64,000 bases of DNA, taken from Spirochaetia bacterium UBA6919 (GTDB taxonomy: Bacteria > Spirochaetota > UBA6919). Both the position numbers and the translations under genes were made by a program. This document shows, piece by piece, positions 19,099-27,760 of the stretch (positions are counted from its first letter, which is position 1; each line of letters opens with the position of its first letter). The notes beneath the pieces were generated by a model, which saw nothing but the letters and a program-made list of their open reading frames with translations, was not told the origin of the DNA and made no database searches. The stretch is taken from positions 70,097-134,096 of the forward strand of contig DKAT01000070.1 in assembly GCA_002450905.1 (NCBI GenBank). The letters run 5' to 3'.

Positions 19099-19299
19099 AT
19101 GTCTCAGATCCATGAAATCCAGAAGGCTGTAGAATCTCTATCCGATCAGGATTACAAGGAATTCAGGCAATGGTTTTATGATAAAGAAAATAATCGGTGG
19201 GAAGAGCAAATTAAAAGAGACTCTGAATCAGGGGTTCTCGATTTTTTAATAAAAGAAGTCCGGGAGGAAAAGAAACTGGGGAATCTGAAGGACTTATGA
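19099..19299 (+). CDS. putative antitoxin of a RelE/ParE-type TA pair
   Basis: 66-aa acidic ORF whose stop overlaps the toxin start by 4 nt (ATGA). AGGAGG RBS upstream. Confidence 0.55.
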   Translation: MSQIHEIQKAVESLSDQDYKEFRQWFYDKENNRWEEQIKRDSESGVLDFLIKEVREEKKLGNLKDL

Positions 19300-19559
19300 G
19301 GCACTTCACATCCCGACGATTCTGGAAATGCTTTAATAATCTTCCTGAACATGTTCAGGAATTGTCAAACAGGAAGTTCAATTTATTGAAGAAGAATCCA
19401 AAACATCCTTCCTTACATTTCAAGAAAATAGGATCACTGTGGTCCGTCAGGGTGGATGATCATTACAGGGCATTAGCGGTTGAAGATGAGGAGGATATGA
19501 TCTGGGTTTGGATAGGACATCATGATGAATACGAAAGATTACTGGCTGCTAGTCGGTGA
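19296..19559 (+). CDS. RelE/ParE-superfamily toxin
   Basis: 87 aa. HFKKIGSLWSVRVDDHYRALAVEDEEDMIWVWIGHHDEY is the typical RelE/StbE-family C-terminal pattern. Translationally coupled to the upstream small ORF. Confidence 0.7.
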   Translation: MRHFTSRRFWKCFNNLPEHVQELSNRKFNLLKKNPKHPSLHFKKIGSLWSVRVDDHYRALAVEDEEDMIWVWIGHHDEYERLLAASR

Positions 19560-19617
19560 TTATGGAATCATCCTTTGAGTGGATCAGGTAGGGGTTTGTT
19601 ATGGAGAGGTTACAAAC

Positions 19618-19685
19618 TGTCATGGTGAGGCTCTCGAATCCATGACTGGGTGTTGTCGCCCTTCGAGAGCCTCAGGGTGACGGGG
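19618..19685. repeat. nested-palindrome repeat element, copy E
   Basis: tgtcatggtgaggctctcgaatccatg...cccttcgagagcctcagggtgacgg, immediately upstream of the GIY-YIG gene. Confidence 0.6.
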
Positions 19686-19706
19686 GCGGGCATAAAGGAT
19701 TTTAGG

Positions 19707-19976
19707 ATGAAAACATATTCTGTTTATATTCTCCGGTGCAACGATGAAAGCTATTATACCGGGGTGACGAATGATATTGAATTGCGATTAGAAGAACATC
19801 ATCATGGAGTTGATAATAAATGTTATACCTATCCCCGACATCCTGTTCAGTTGGTGTTTTATGAGGAGTTTGGCGATATCAATGATGCGATTGGTCGGGA
19901 GAAGCAGATTAAGAAGTGGTCGAGGGCGAAGAAAGAGGCTTTGTTTAGGGGTATTATGATGGGTTGGTTCGGTTGA
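19707..19976 (+). CDS. GIY-YIG domain protein (UPF0213/YhbQ-like)
   Basis: 89 aa from the ATG at 19707 (AAAGGA RBS). YSVYILRC...YYTGVTNDIELRLEEHH...REKQIKKWSRAKK. The 5' part of the longer ORF-track frame is just repeat sequence. Confidence 0.75.
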   Translation: MKTYSVYILRCNDESYYTGVTNDIELRLEEHHHGVDNKCYTYPRHPVQLVFYEEFGDINDAIGREKQIKKWSRAKKEALFRGIMMGWFG

Positions 19977-20004
19977 GTCAGAGGTATAGTCCACAAGACG
20001 GTAG

Positions 20005-20095
20005 TCATCCTTCGAGAGCCTCAGGATGACAAGGGGAATTCAGAGTGGCAGTGAGGTGGCAAGGCTGAAGGCTTGCCATACGGAACAATATGATA
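20005..20095. repeat. repeat element copy F (collapsed hairpin form)
   Basis: gtcatccttcgagagcctcaggatgac (7-bp stem around the ttcgagagcctca core), then ggctgaaggcttgccatacgga, a submodule shared with copy D. Confidence 0.5.
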
Positions 20096-20211
20096 TGCAA
20101 ATTTTAATATTGGGTTGTGATTTTCTTATAAGTTTCTCCTGTCTTGGGTGATTTTAAAGAAAGTTTGGTGCTGTTGTTAATAATGTTTTTTTAAAATAAA
20201 TTGTTTGGAGG

Positions 20212-20789
20212 GTGCTTGATGCCTTTGTATTTTTAATTTGGAATGATAAATATCAACGGCGTTCAGGGTTTGCTCCTTTAGCTCAATGTGCTAATGATGT
20301 TTTATTATTGAGCAGGATATTTGAAAAATACTCCAAGGTGGATAAGAAGAATATTTTTGAGAATTATAATCTCACCTATGATGAATTTATTAGTCGTTTT
20401 AAGAAGTTTGTTGAGGTGGTGAAGAAAAAAAGAATTATTCTGTGATTATTACTTACAGCGGTCATGGAGATGAGGGGGGATCTCTGGTGTTTGTGGATGG
20501 GAAGCAGTATGTAGAGTATCTTGCATTTCTTGCAGAGTTGCACCCCAATCAGAGGAAACATGCTCATGAGAGGCTTAATCAACAGCCGAAGATCCTTCCA
20601 GTTCAAGAGAGAGTTGGTTTTAATGACCGGAATAATAATTTTATTCTGATTCAAAAATATATCCGGGCTAATAATATTGAGTTGAGCGCATTTGGTGGGA
20701 TCATGATGCCTGTTGGGGCTTTTTCAAGAATGTTCAGTATTTTAATATGTCTTCGATTCCCGATAATACGAAACGAGATCTCACATTGA
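20212..20789 (+). pseudogene. caspase-family (peptidase C14) gene remnant, frameshifted
   Basis: Two consecutive frames encode the caspase N-terminal half (IWNDKYQRRSGFAPLAQCANDVLLL...KKKRIIL / IITYSGHGDEGGSLVFVDGK). The frame changes at an A7 run near 20440. The catalytic Cys box is absent. Confidence 0.55.
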
Positions 20790-20833
20790 ATATAATTATT
20801 CCGTCGTTAGGACTTAAGTATAATCTATTTTAG

Positions 20834-21100
20834 ATGAAGTTTTTTTCGATGTCCTTGGGAGTCGATGCGGGTTATGCTTTCACATTTCAGAAGGTTGGGT
20901 CGTTTGGTCCTTTGAAGGAAGAGTCGAGTACGGCTTATAATTTTTATTATGGTGGTCATTTGGATTTAAAATTCGAAGTGTTTAATCAGTTTTTTATTGT
21001 AGTACCTTCGCGTTTTTTTTCAATATTATATATTGGTGAAAAACTTTATGGATTGACGTTTAAACCTGGGATTACAGTATTATTTTTAAGCGGACTGTGA
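20834..21100 (+). CDS. hypothetical fragment (possible beta-barrel C-terminal remnant)
   Basis: 88-aa ORF with alternating hydrophobic/aromatic pattern (YGLTFKPGITVLF). May be the 3' remnant of the decayed upstream gene. Confidence 0.25.
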   Translation: MKFFSMSLGVDAGYAFTFQKVGSFGPLKEESSTAYNFYYGGHLDLKFEVFNQFFIVVPSRFFSILYIGEKLYGLTFKPGITVLFLSGL

Positions 21101-21202
21101 TTTTTGTATTAGCAAGATCGATTTGATTTTTTATACTAAAGAACTCATTCTTCCAGAGATATGGATTTAATCCTGGCTGAATGAGTTTTATAATTAGATT
21201 AT

Positions 21203-24200
21203 TTATTTTGCCAACTGCTTAAAGAATTCAATGGATTTTTTATCACCCCAATTTCTTGCACCAACTGTCTTTCCTATTATCACTCCTTCTTTATTGATAA
21301 TCAGGGTAGTGGGAATTGCTGAAACACCAAACATACTTCCCAATGAGTTTCTTTGATCCAAGAATATGGGGAATGTGAAGTTTTTTGATTTTAGAAAATT
21401 CTCAACAACCGATTTTTTTTCACCGAGGGAAACAGCAAGCATTACGAAGTTATCATTTTTCATAGCTTTATGGAGTTTTTCCATTGAAGGCATTTCCTGA
21501 ACGCAGGGGGGACACCATGTTGCCCAGAAATTAAGAAATATGATTTTTCCTTTGTAATTTTTTATGGGAATATTTTTTCCATCTAGATTTGATATAACAA
21601 TATTTCCAATGGTTTGATTCATTGGGGTGATTTTGAGGGCTTTATAACTTCCCATTAATTTTGGATCGATATTTGCTAGTTCAAGACTTGATTTAGCTCC
21701 AGCTTTTTTGAGGATTTCTTTGATTTCATCAGATTTTGCAAGGTCAATAGCTGTAGATCCATTTGATAATTTAAGATTTACCTTCCCACCCTTATCAATA
21801 AGTAATTTTAATATTTCTGGGTGATTATAATGGGTTGCCATGTGAACAGGAGTCATTTGGTACCACCACTTGTTCGATACAGGGATATTTGGGTCAGCAC
21901 CAACTCCCAGAAAGATTTTAACCAGATTCAGATCCCCTTTTTGAATTGCGATGTGAAGTGGGGCAAATCCTTTTTTATTTGTAACATTAATATCAACACC
22001 ATCGGCAATTAGTTTTTTCATCAGGTCTGTATTCCCTTCATCTAATGCCTGGAAGAAACGAATAACAGGATTTTCTTTGCCGCCTGATTTTATTAGAAGT
22101 TGTTTAATTTCTTCATTTTGTGTGAGATTTAAGGGAGTGTTATCTTGTTCATCCTTCGCATTAATGGATGCCCCTTTATTGATGAGTAATTTGATAACCG
22201 GGATATTTTCATAGATGACAGCGACGTGGAGTGGTGTATACCCCCGTTTTGTGCTTTGATTCACGACAGCGCCATTTGCCAGGAGGAAAGTAACTACTTT
22301 GATATCTCCTACTTTAATTGCGATATGGAGTATGGAGACTTCCTGATCATACCAAGTTTTAGAAGGAGATTTAAATGTATAATTTTTAAGGACAGCATTG
22401 GTGTCGGATTTTTTTTGGATGAGGAGTTTAATCATTTCGCCATTTTTATTTTCAACAGCGTGGATTAAAGCTATATCACCCTGAGATCCTTTATTATTTG
22501 GGTCAGCGTCTTGTGAGAGAAGATCTTTTACATTTCCGATATTATTTTCGAGGGCTGCTTTTCTGAGTTCGAAATTAATATTGAATTTAGCCCCTGATTC
22601 TTTTAAAAGTTTTATGATATTTTTGTCTGTAGCAATATCTAATGGAGTTCTGCCTTCTTCATCCTGCTGATTTAAATTAGCATTATTTTTTAAAAGGAGT
22701 TGGGTGATTTTATAATTCTTTGAATAGACAGCGAGATGGAGAGGTGAAACATTTTTAAATAAGTATTTTTTCATGTAGGGGGTGATGTATAAATTTGTGG
22801 TTTGATTGAGATTTACATTTTTTTCGATGAGTTTTTTAACAACAGAAACTGCGTTATTTTGAATGGCTGTGAATAGAGGGGTTAATTTGGAATAACCATA
22901 GATTTCATTGACATTTGCGCCTTTATCAATTAAAAGATTTGCGGTTTTGAAGGATTTTCTTTTGATGGCTGTAATTAGCATAGGTTCATGATTTTTAGAG
23001 GGTTTATAATTTGGATCGGCGCCGTTGTTGAGGTATTCAGAGATTTTTTTGAAATTGTTTGTCGAGATCAGTTTGTATAATTCATAATTAATATTGATTT
23101 TAGCACCGGACTTCAGGAGTAATTCCTTTATGAGTAGATTCTTTGCCAGATCGATAGGTGTAGCTCCCTGGAGGTTAGTGGCATTGACGTTTATGCCTTT
23201 TTTTAAGAGGAGTTGGATGAGATCAGTATATCCATTTTGTGCAGCCCAGTGTAATAAAGTATTTCCGTATAACTTAACCTCGTGGGAAACTCCCTGATTG
23301 ATAAAGAAGATTACCATATTAGGTTTATTTCTTAACCAGGCGTAATGGATGGGATACCAGTCATTATTCATTTTGACATCAAGTCTTGCACCATTTTTGA
23401 GGAGGAATTTTGCCATTTCGACATTACCGTTATATGCTGAGACATGAAGGGGAGAGACACCATAATCAGATTGGACATCTACCTTTGCACCATGCTTGAT
23501 AAGGAGTTTTACGATTTGTTTATTATCGGTTCCAATGGCGAAGTAGATTGGTGTGAATCCAGCACTATTTCTCTTATTAACATCAGCACCTTTTGAAATG
23601 AGAAATTGTGTAATAGCAAAGCTTTTAATGGAAGCAGAAGCGTGAAGAGTGCTCCAATTTGTCGTTGATCCAAAGAATGAATGCAGATCTGTTGTTGCAT
23701 CAGCTTTGGCGCCTTTTTTAATGAGTTCCTGGACTTGTTTAAGATCATTGCTGTTAATTGCCTTGAATAATTCTTTGTTTAGATTAAGTTTAGCACCTGC
23801 ATTAACAAGAAGCTGCTGTATTTCTTTTGTTTTGGCATAGTCAACAGGTGTATTTTTATATTTATCCGAAACATTGAGATCTGCTTTGGCATTAATGAGG
23901 AGCTGAACAACCTTTGCCTGATTATTATAGACAGCGATGTGAAGTGCAGTTGTTCCATAGGAAGTCTTGGCATTGACGTTTGATCCTTTGTCAAGGAGGA
24001 ATTTTACAAGTACGACGTTTGAATTATAATTGATAGAGGAGTGGAGGGGAATCATACCATATTTATTTGTTTTGTTAAGATTTGCACCTTTCTCAAGGAG
24101 TACTTTTACAAGATCGAGTTCCCCTGTTGCTGAGGCGGTGTGGAGGGGAGTATCTCCTGAATAATTTTGGACATGGATATTTACACCTTTGTTTATGAGG

Positions 24201-27200
24201 AAGATAGCGAGGTCTTTATTTCTTTTCTGAATTGCGAGTTGAAGGAGATTTGTTTTGTATCTATCAATAATATTGATATTTGCACCATTATCAATAAGAT
24301 ATTCTGCTATGTCTCTATGATTTGATTCAACAGAATAGAATAGGGATGATTTTCCGTTTCCATCCACAACATCAATTTGGGCGTTTTTTGAAATAAGTAA
24401 TTGAACCAGATCAATATTTCCTTGTTTTGCAGCAAGATGGAGTGGAGTTTGATCTTTTGTGTAGTAAGTGCCAGATAATTTGGAATTTATTTTTGCACCG
24501 TGATCAATTAATTCTTTTGCAATTTCTAAATATCCCTTTTGGGAAGCGATGTGGAGTGGGGTCCAGTCATCTGTTATTCTGGCATTGACATCAGCTTTTT
24601 TTTGTAAGAGGAATTTAACGATATTTTTTTGACCATTATATACTGCGAAGTGAAGGGGCTGTATATTGTTATACATTTTGTAGTAGGTGAGCTTCATGTT
24701 ATTTTGTGCTGTGGTATTTACATTTAGTCCTTGATTTAATAACTTAATAACAAGTTTAGAGTTACCATCGTGGATGGCGTCGAAGAGTTCGATTACCGGA
24801 TTTGGCTTTGCACCTGCTTTTTTTAGTATAGCAATGATATAACTATTTTTAGTTAAGGATATGGGGGAGCGATCTGCTTTATTTTTAATGTTAGTATCAG
24901 CTTTATATTTAATTAACAGTTTGATGACAGGTAAATTTGAGTTTTGAACAGCATGATGGAGGGGTGTATTTTTATAATAATCTTGACTATTAATATTTAT
25001 ACCGCTATTTATAAGTAATTTTGCTATAGCAACACCTTGTGGGGACGAGAATTTTTTTTGAGAGATGGCATGCAGAGCTGATTGATCATAAGAATTTGTT
25101 GAATTGATGTCTATTCCCTTTGAAACAGCGAATTGAGCAATTCTTAGATTTTCTTTTTCAGCAGCTATGTGGAGAATATTTTTTTTGGAATATGGGATAG
25201 CTGAATTGATATCGACACCGTTTTCAATTAATATTTTAGCAATATTTAAATTTGAAAAGTACAAAGCATTTTCTATAGGAGATCTCCCATAAAAAGGTTT
25301 TTTATTTACATCTATACCTTTTTTAATAGCTTCAATGACAATCCATTTGGTGCCAGCCTGAGTAGCTGCGTGGAGGAGGTTTTCACCTCGTTTTGTTTCC
25401 ACAAGGATATTAGCACCTTTTTGATATAATAAACGGGAGATAGAAGAAAATCCGTTGTATGTTGCAAAATAGAGAGCTGTATATCCATAGTTATCTTGAT
25501 GATTAATATTTGCACCCTTATTGATCAGGTAGAGAGCAATTGACTTAGACTTATTAACGAGAGCTTCAATCAACGCGGAACGATTATTTGATGTGATGGT
25601 TTTATTAATATCTGCACCATGAGATAGGAGTAATTCAACTGTTTTTGTACTTGTACTTTTGACTGCTCTGATAAGGGGTGTGTATCCATATCCATCAACG
25701 ACATCTACTTTAACCCCTTTATCTAAAAATAATTTAACAATTTTAGTATATCCGTAGAATGCGGCAATATGGATGGGTTGCCATTTTGCGTAATCTCCTT
25801 CAGTATGGATATTCGCACCATTATTTACAAGATATTGCACTAGTTGATAATTTCCGGAATAGACAGCATCGTGCAGAGGAGTTTTATTGTAAGTTGTTTT
25901 GGAATTTATATCAAAACCCATGCTCAGTAATTTTTTAACCAGATCAAGATTTCCTGAATTTGCGGCATCGTGAAGGAGATTTCGGTTTCCGTAATAAGTG
26001 GTTTTGGTTTCTACCTTATATTGCATGAGAATGTTAATAATTTTTGTCAAATTGTATTGTACAGCAACTTTAATGGGGCTTGTCTTGTATCTATCGACGA
26101 TATTAGGATTCGCACCATGAGATAGGAGGAATTGAACCATTTCAGGTTTGTTGTGCTTAACTGCAAGGATGAGTGGAGATTCACCATTTTGAGTCAGGCT
26201 GTTCACATCAAAATCATTTTTAAGCAGATATTGTGCGATTTTAATGCTTCCACTTTCAGCTGAGAAATGCAGAGCGTTAAAACCCTGATTATTGGTGTCT
26301 TTGAGTGGAACACCTTTTTTTAATAATAATTTAAGGAGGTCAAAATTACCACTCTTAGCGGAAATATGAATCAAATTGTTATTGAAAAGGTATTTAAAAT
26401 CAATTTTGCCACCCTTCTCGATAAGGTATTTTGTGATTTCATAATTTCCATTTTGTACAGCGAGGCTGAGTGGGGTTTCACCGGGTTGAAAGTTTTTACC
26501 AAGGACTCTATAATAACTTGTGGATTTTAAGTTAATATCAAGGCCTTTTTGAACAAATTGCTTTACCAGTTTGAGATTATTGGTAATAACAGCCGTGTGG
26601 AGAGGTGACCATTGGAAACGGGTTGGATCTATCTTAGCACCCCGACTTAACAAATAATTGACTATATGAATATGATTATGCTGAACAGCGAAATCCAGAG
26701 GGCTTGCGGTATTATTATCAATACCATTTATATTAAAACCCTTTTTTAAGAGGTACTTTACAAACCATAGTGATCCTCCTGAACAGGCTGAGTGGAGAAG
26801 AGAATAGGATCTTTGATTGTTTGCATCTATGACAGCACCCATTTTGATAAGATATTTTATAGAATTGAGTTTATTGAAATCAGCCGCTGCCTGGAGGGGT
26901 GTGTATCCGTTGTTATCCTGCACATTGATATTGGCACCAATTTTAATCAGATAGGAAATAAGCCAGTGCAAATTGCCTCCTGCAGCTGAGTGCATCAGGG
27001 TAAGCCCTCTTGCATCTTTTGCCCAGATATTGGCATTTTTACGGATAAGTAATCGGACGATATCACTATGTCCCTGTTCAGCAGCAATTAAAAGAGGGGT
27101 GGAGTGAATGGGATATTCGTATTTAGTAGAAATTGCGAAATAATATTTTGATTTGGCGTCGACATTTGCACCGGATTCAATAAGATAATTTGCTATATCG

Positions 27201-27403
27201 TATCCACCATAATAAGATACCCAGTGAAGTGGAGTCCATCCTTTTTTATCAAATGAATTTACGTCATAATCATTTTCAACAAGAATACTTTTAACCTGAG
27301 TGAGAGACTTATTTTTAATAGCTTGTATAAGATTATCCTCTGGTTTAGCCCAGGTGATGGCAGTGATCAATAACAACAGGATTACAGGTAGGATGCGTTT
27401 CAT
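21203..27403 (-). CDS. giant secreted ankyrin-repeat protein with C-terminal TlpA-like thioredoxin domain
   Basis: 2066 aa. Cleavable signal peptide MKRILPVILLLLITAITWA. Then more than 50 tandem about-33-aa ankyrin units (TPLHxAxxxGHxxxVxxLLxxGA). The final about 150 aa are a thiol:disulfide oxidoreductase domain with WATWCPPC (FLNFWATWCPPCVQEMP). AAGGAG RBS. Confidence 0.88.
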   Translation of the reverse strand: MKRILPVILLLLITAITWAKPEDNLIQAIKNKSLTQVKSILVENDYDVNSFDKKGWTPLHWVSYYGGYDIANYLIESGANVDAKSKYYFAISTKYEYPIHSTPLLIAAEQGHSDIVRLLIRKNANIWAKDARGLTLMHSAAGGNLHWLISYLIKIGANINVQDNNGYTPLQAAADFNKLNSIKYLIKMGAVIDANNQRSYSLLHSACSGGSLWFVKYLLKKGFNINGIDNNTASPLDFAVQHNHIHIVNYLLSRGAKIDPTRFQWSPLHTAVITNNLKLVKQFVQKGLDINLKSTSYYRVLGKNFQPGETPLSLAVQNGNYEITKYLIEKGGKIDFKYLFNNNLIHISAKSGNFDLLKLLLKKGVPLKDTNNQGFNALHFSAESGSIKIAQYLLKNDFDVNSLTQNGESPLILAVKHNKPEMVQFLLSHGANPNIVDRYKTSPIKVAVQYNLTKIINILMQYKVETKTTYYGNRNLLHDAANSGNLDLVKKLLSMGFDINSKTTYNKTPLHDAVYSGNYQLVQYLVNNGANIHTEGDYAKWQPIHIAAFYGYTKIVKLFLDKGVKVDVVDGYGYTPLIRAVKSTSTKTVELLLSHGADINKTITSNNRSALIEALVNKSKSIALYLINKGANINHQDNYGYTALYFATYNGFSSISRLLYQKGANILVETKRGENLLHAATQAGTKWIVIEAIKKGIDVNKKPFYGRSPIENALYFSNLNIAKILIENGVDINSAIPYSKKNILHIAAEKENLRIAQFAVSKGIDINSTNSYDQSALHAISQKKFSSPQGVAIAKLLINSGININSQDYYKNTPLHHAVQNSNLPVIKLLIKYKADTNIKNKADRSPISLTKNSYIIAILKKAGAKPNPVIELFDAIHDGNSKLVIKLLNQGLNVNTTAQNNMKLTYYKMYNNIQPLHFAVYNGQKNIVKFLLQKKADVNARITDDWTPLHIASQKGYLEIAKELIDHGAKINSKLSGTYYTKDQTPLHLAAKQGNIDLVQLLISKNAQIDVVDGNGKSSLFYSVESNHRDIAEYLIDNGANINIIDRYKTNLLQLAIQKRNKDLAIFLINKGVNIHVQNYSGDTPLHTASATGELDLVKVLLEKGANLNKTNKYGMIPLHSSINYNSNVVLVKFLLDKGSNVNAKTSYGTTALHIAVYNNQAKVVQLLINAKADLNVSDKYKNTPVDYAKTKEIQQLLVNAGAKLNLNKELFKAINSNDLKQVQELIKKGAKADATTDLHSFFGSTTNWSTLHASASIKSFAITQFLISKGADVNKRNSAGFTPIYFAIGTDNKQIVKLLIKHGAKVDVQSDYGVSPLHVSAYNGNVEMAKFLLKNGARLDVKMNNDWYPIHYAWLRNKPNMVIFFINQGVSHEVKLYGNTLLHWAAQNGYTDLIQLLLKKGINVNATNLQGATPIDLAKNLLIKELLLKSGAKININYELYKLISTNNFKKISEYLNNGADPNYKPSKNHEPMLITAIKRKSFKTANLLIDKGANVNEIYGYSKLTPLFTAIQNNAVSVVKKLIEKNVNLNQTTNLYITPYMKKYLFKNVSPLHLAVYSKNYKITQLLLKNNANLNQQDEEGRTPLDIATDKNIIKLLKESGAKFNINFELRKAALENNIGNVKDLLSQDADPNNKGSQGDIALIHAVENKNGEMIKLLIQKKSDTNAVLKNYTFKSPSKTWYDQEVSILHIAIKVGDIKVVTFLLANGAVVNQSTKRGYTPLHVAVIYENIPVIKLLINKGASINAKDEQDNTPLNLTQNEEIKQLLIKSGGKENPVIRFFQALDEGNTDLMKKLIADGVDINVTNKKGFAPLHIAIQKGDLNLVKIFLGVGADPNIPVSNKWWYQMTPVHMATHYNHPEILKLLIDKGGKVNLKLSNGSTAIDLAKSDEIKEILKKAGAKSSLELANIDPKLMGSYKALKITPMNQTIGNIVISNLDGKNIPIKNYKGKIIFLNFWATWCPPCVQEMPSMEKLHKAMKNDNFVMLAVSLGEKKSVVENFLKSKNFTFPIFLDQRNSLGSMFGVSAIPTTLIINKEGVIIGKTVGARNWGDKKSIEFFKQLAK

Positions 27404-27647
27404 AGATACTCCTTAATAATACGTTTCATTTTTTTCATTTAAATAATATAACAGATAATTATGATTTGTCATTAAAAAATTATCAATTCATGATATTAAT
27501 ATATAAATTATAATATTTAATTGATTTAATATAACTATAGATCTTGTTATGTCCATGTTTCCTGTATAATTTAGTTAATCTTTTCTGTTGAAATAATTTA
27601 TATCGGATGTACACTGAAAATCTTCTGATTTTGAAATATCCAACGAA

Positions 27648-27671
27648 TGGTTCGACTCCGCTCACCAACCG
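27648..27671. repeat. 24-nt conserved element cggttggtgagcgNagNcgaacca (reverse orientation), copy 1 of 2
   Basis: Its reverse complement matches 55681-55706 at 22 of 24 positions. Both copies lie in 3' intergenic regions of convergent genes. It forms an imperfect inverted repeat (ggttgg / ccgaacc). Confidence 0.45.
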
Positions 27672-27760
27672 AATTAGAAGTTATTGGTATATATGGAAAT
27701 TGGTATTAAATATTTTGTGAATTGTCGTTGAATAGTCTATTCTTTGTTCAAATGAGGAAT

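Noticed and set aside
8351-20095. Checked whether the repeated elements could form a CRISPR array.
   Set aside because: Spacings are irregular (hundreds to thousands of bp), and the intervening sequence is protein-coding genes rather than uniform short spacers. Repeat copies vary in composition (full, single-arm, extended).
27600-27680. tRNA-like T-arm sequence GGTTCGACTCC upstream of ...caccaacc, which suggested a tRNA or tRNA 3' fragment that could mark an integration site.
   Set aside because: The flanking 5 nt do not form a T-stem (aatgg versus ccgct). There is no CCA or acceptor-stem partner within 75 nt upstream and no anticodon arm. It is better explained as the 24-nt repeat shared with 55681-55706.
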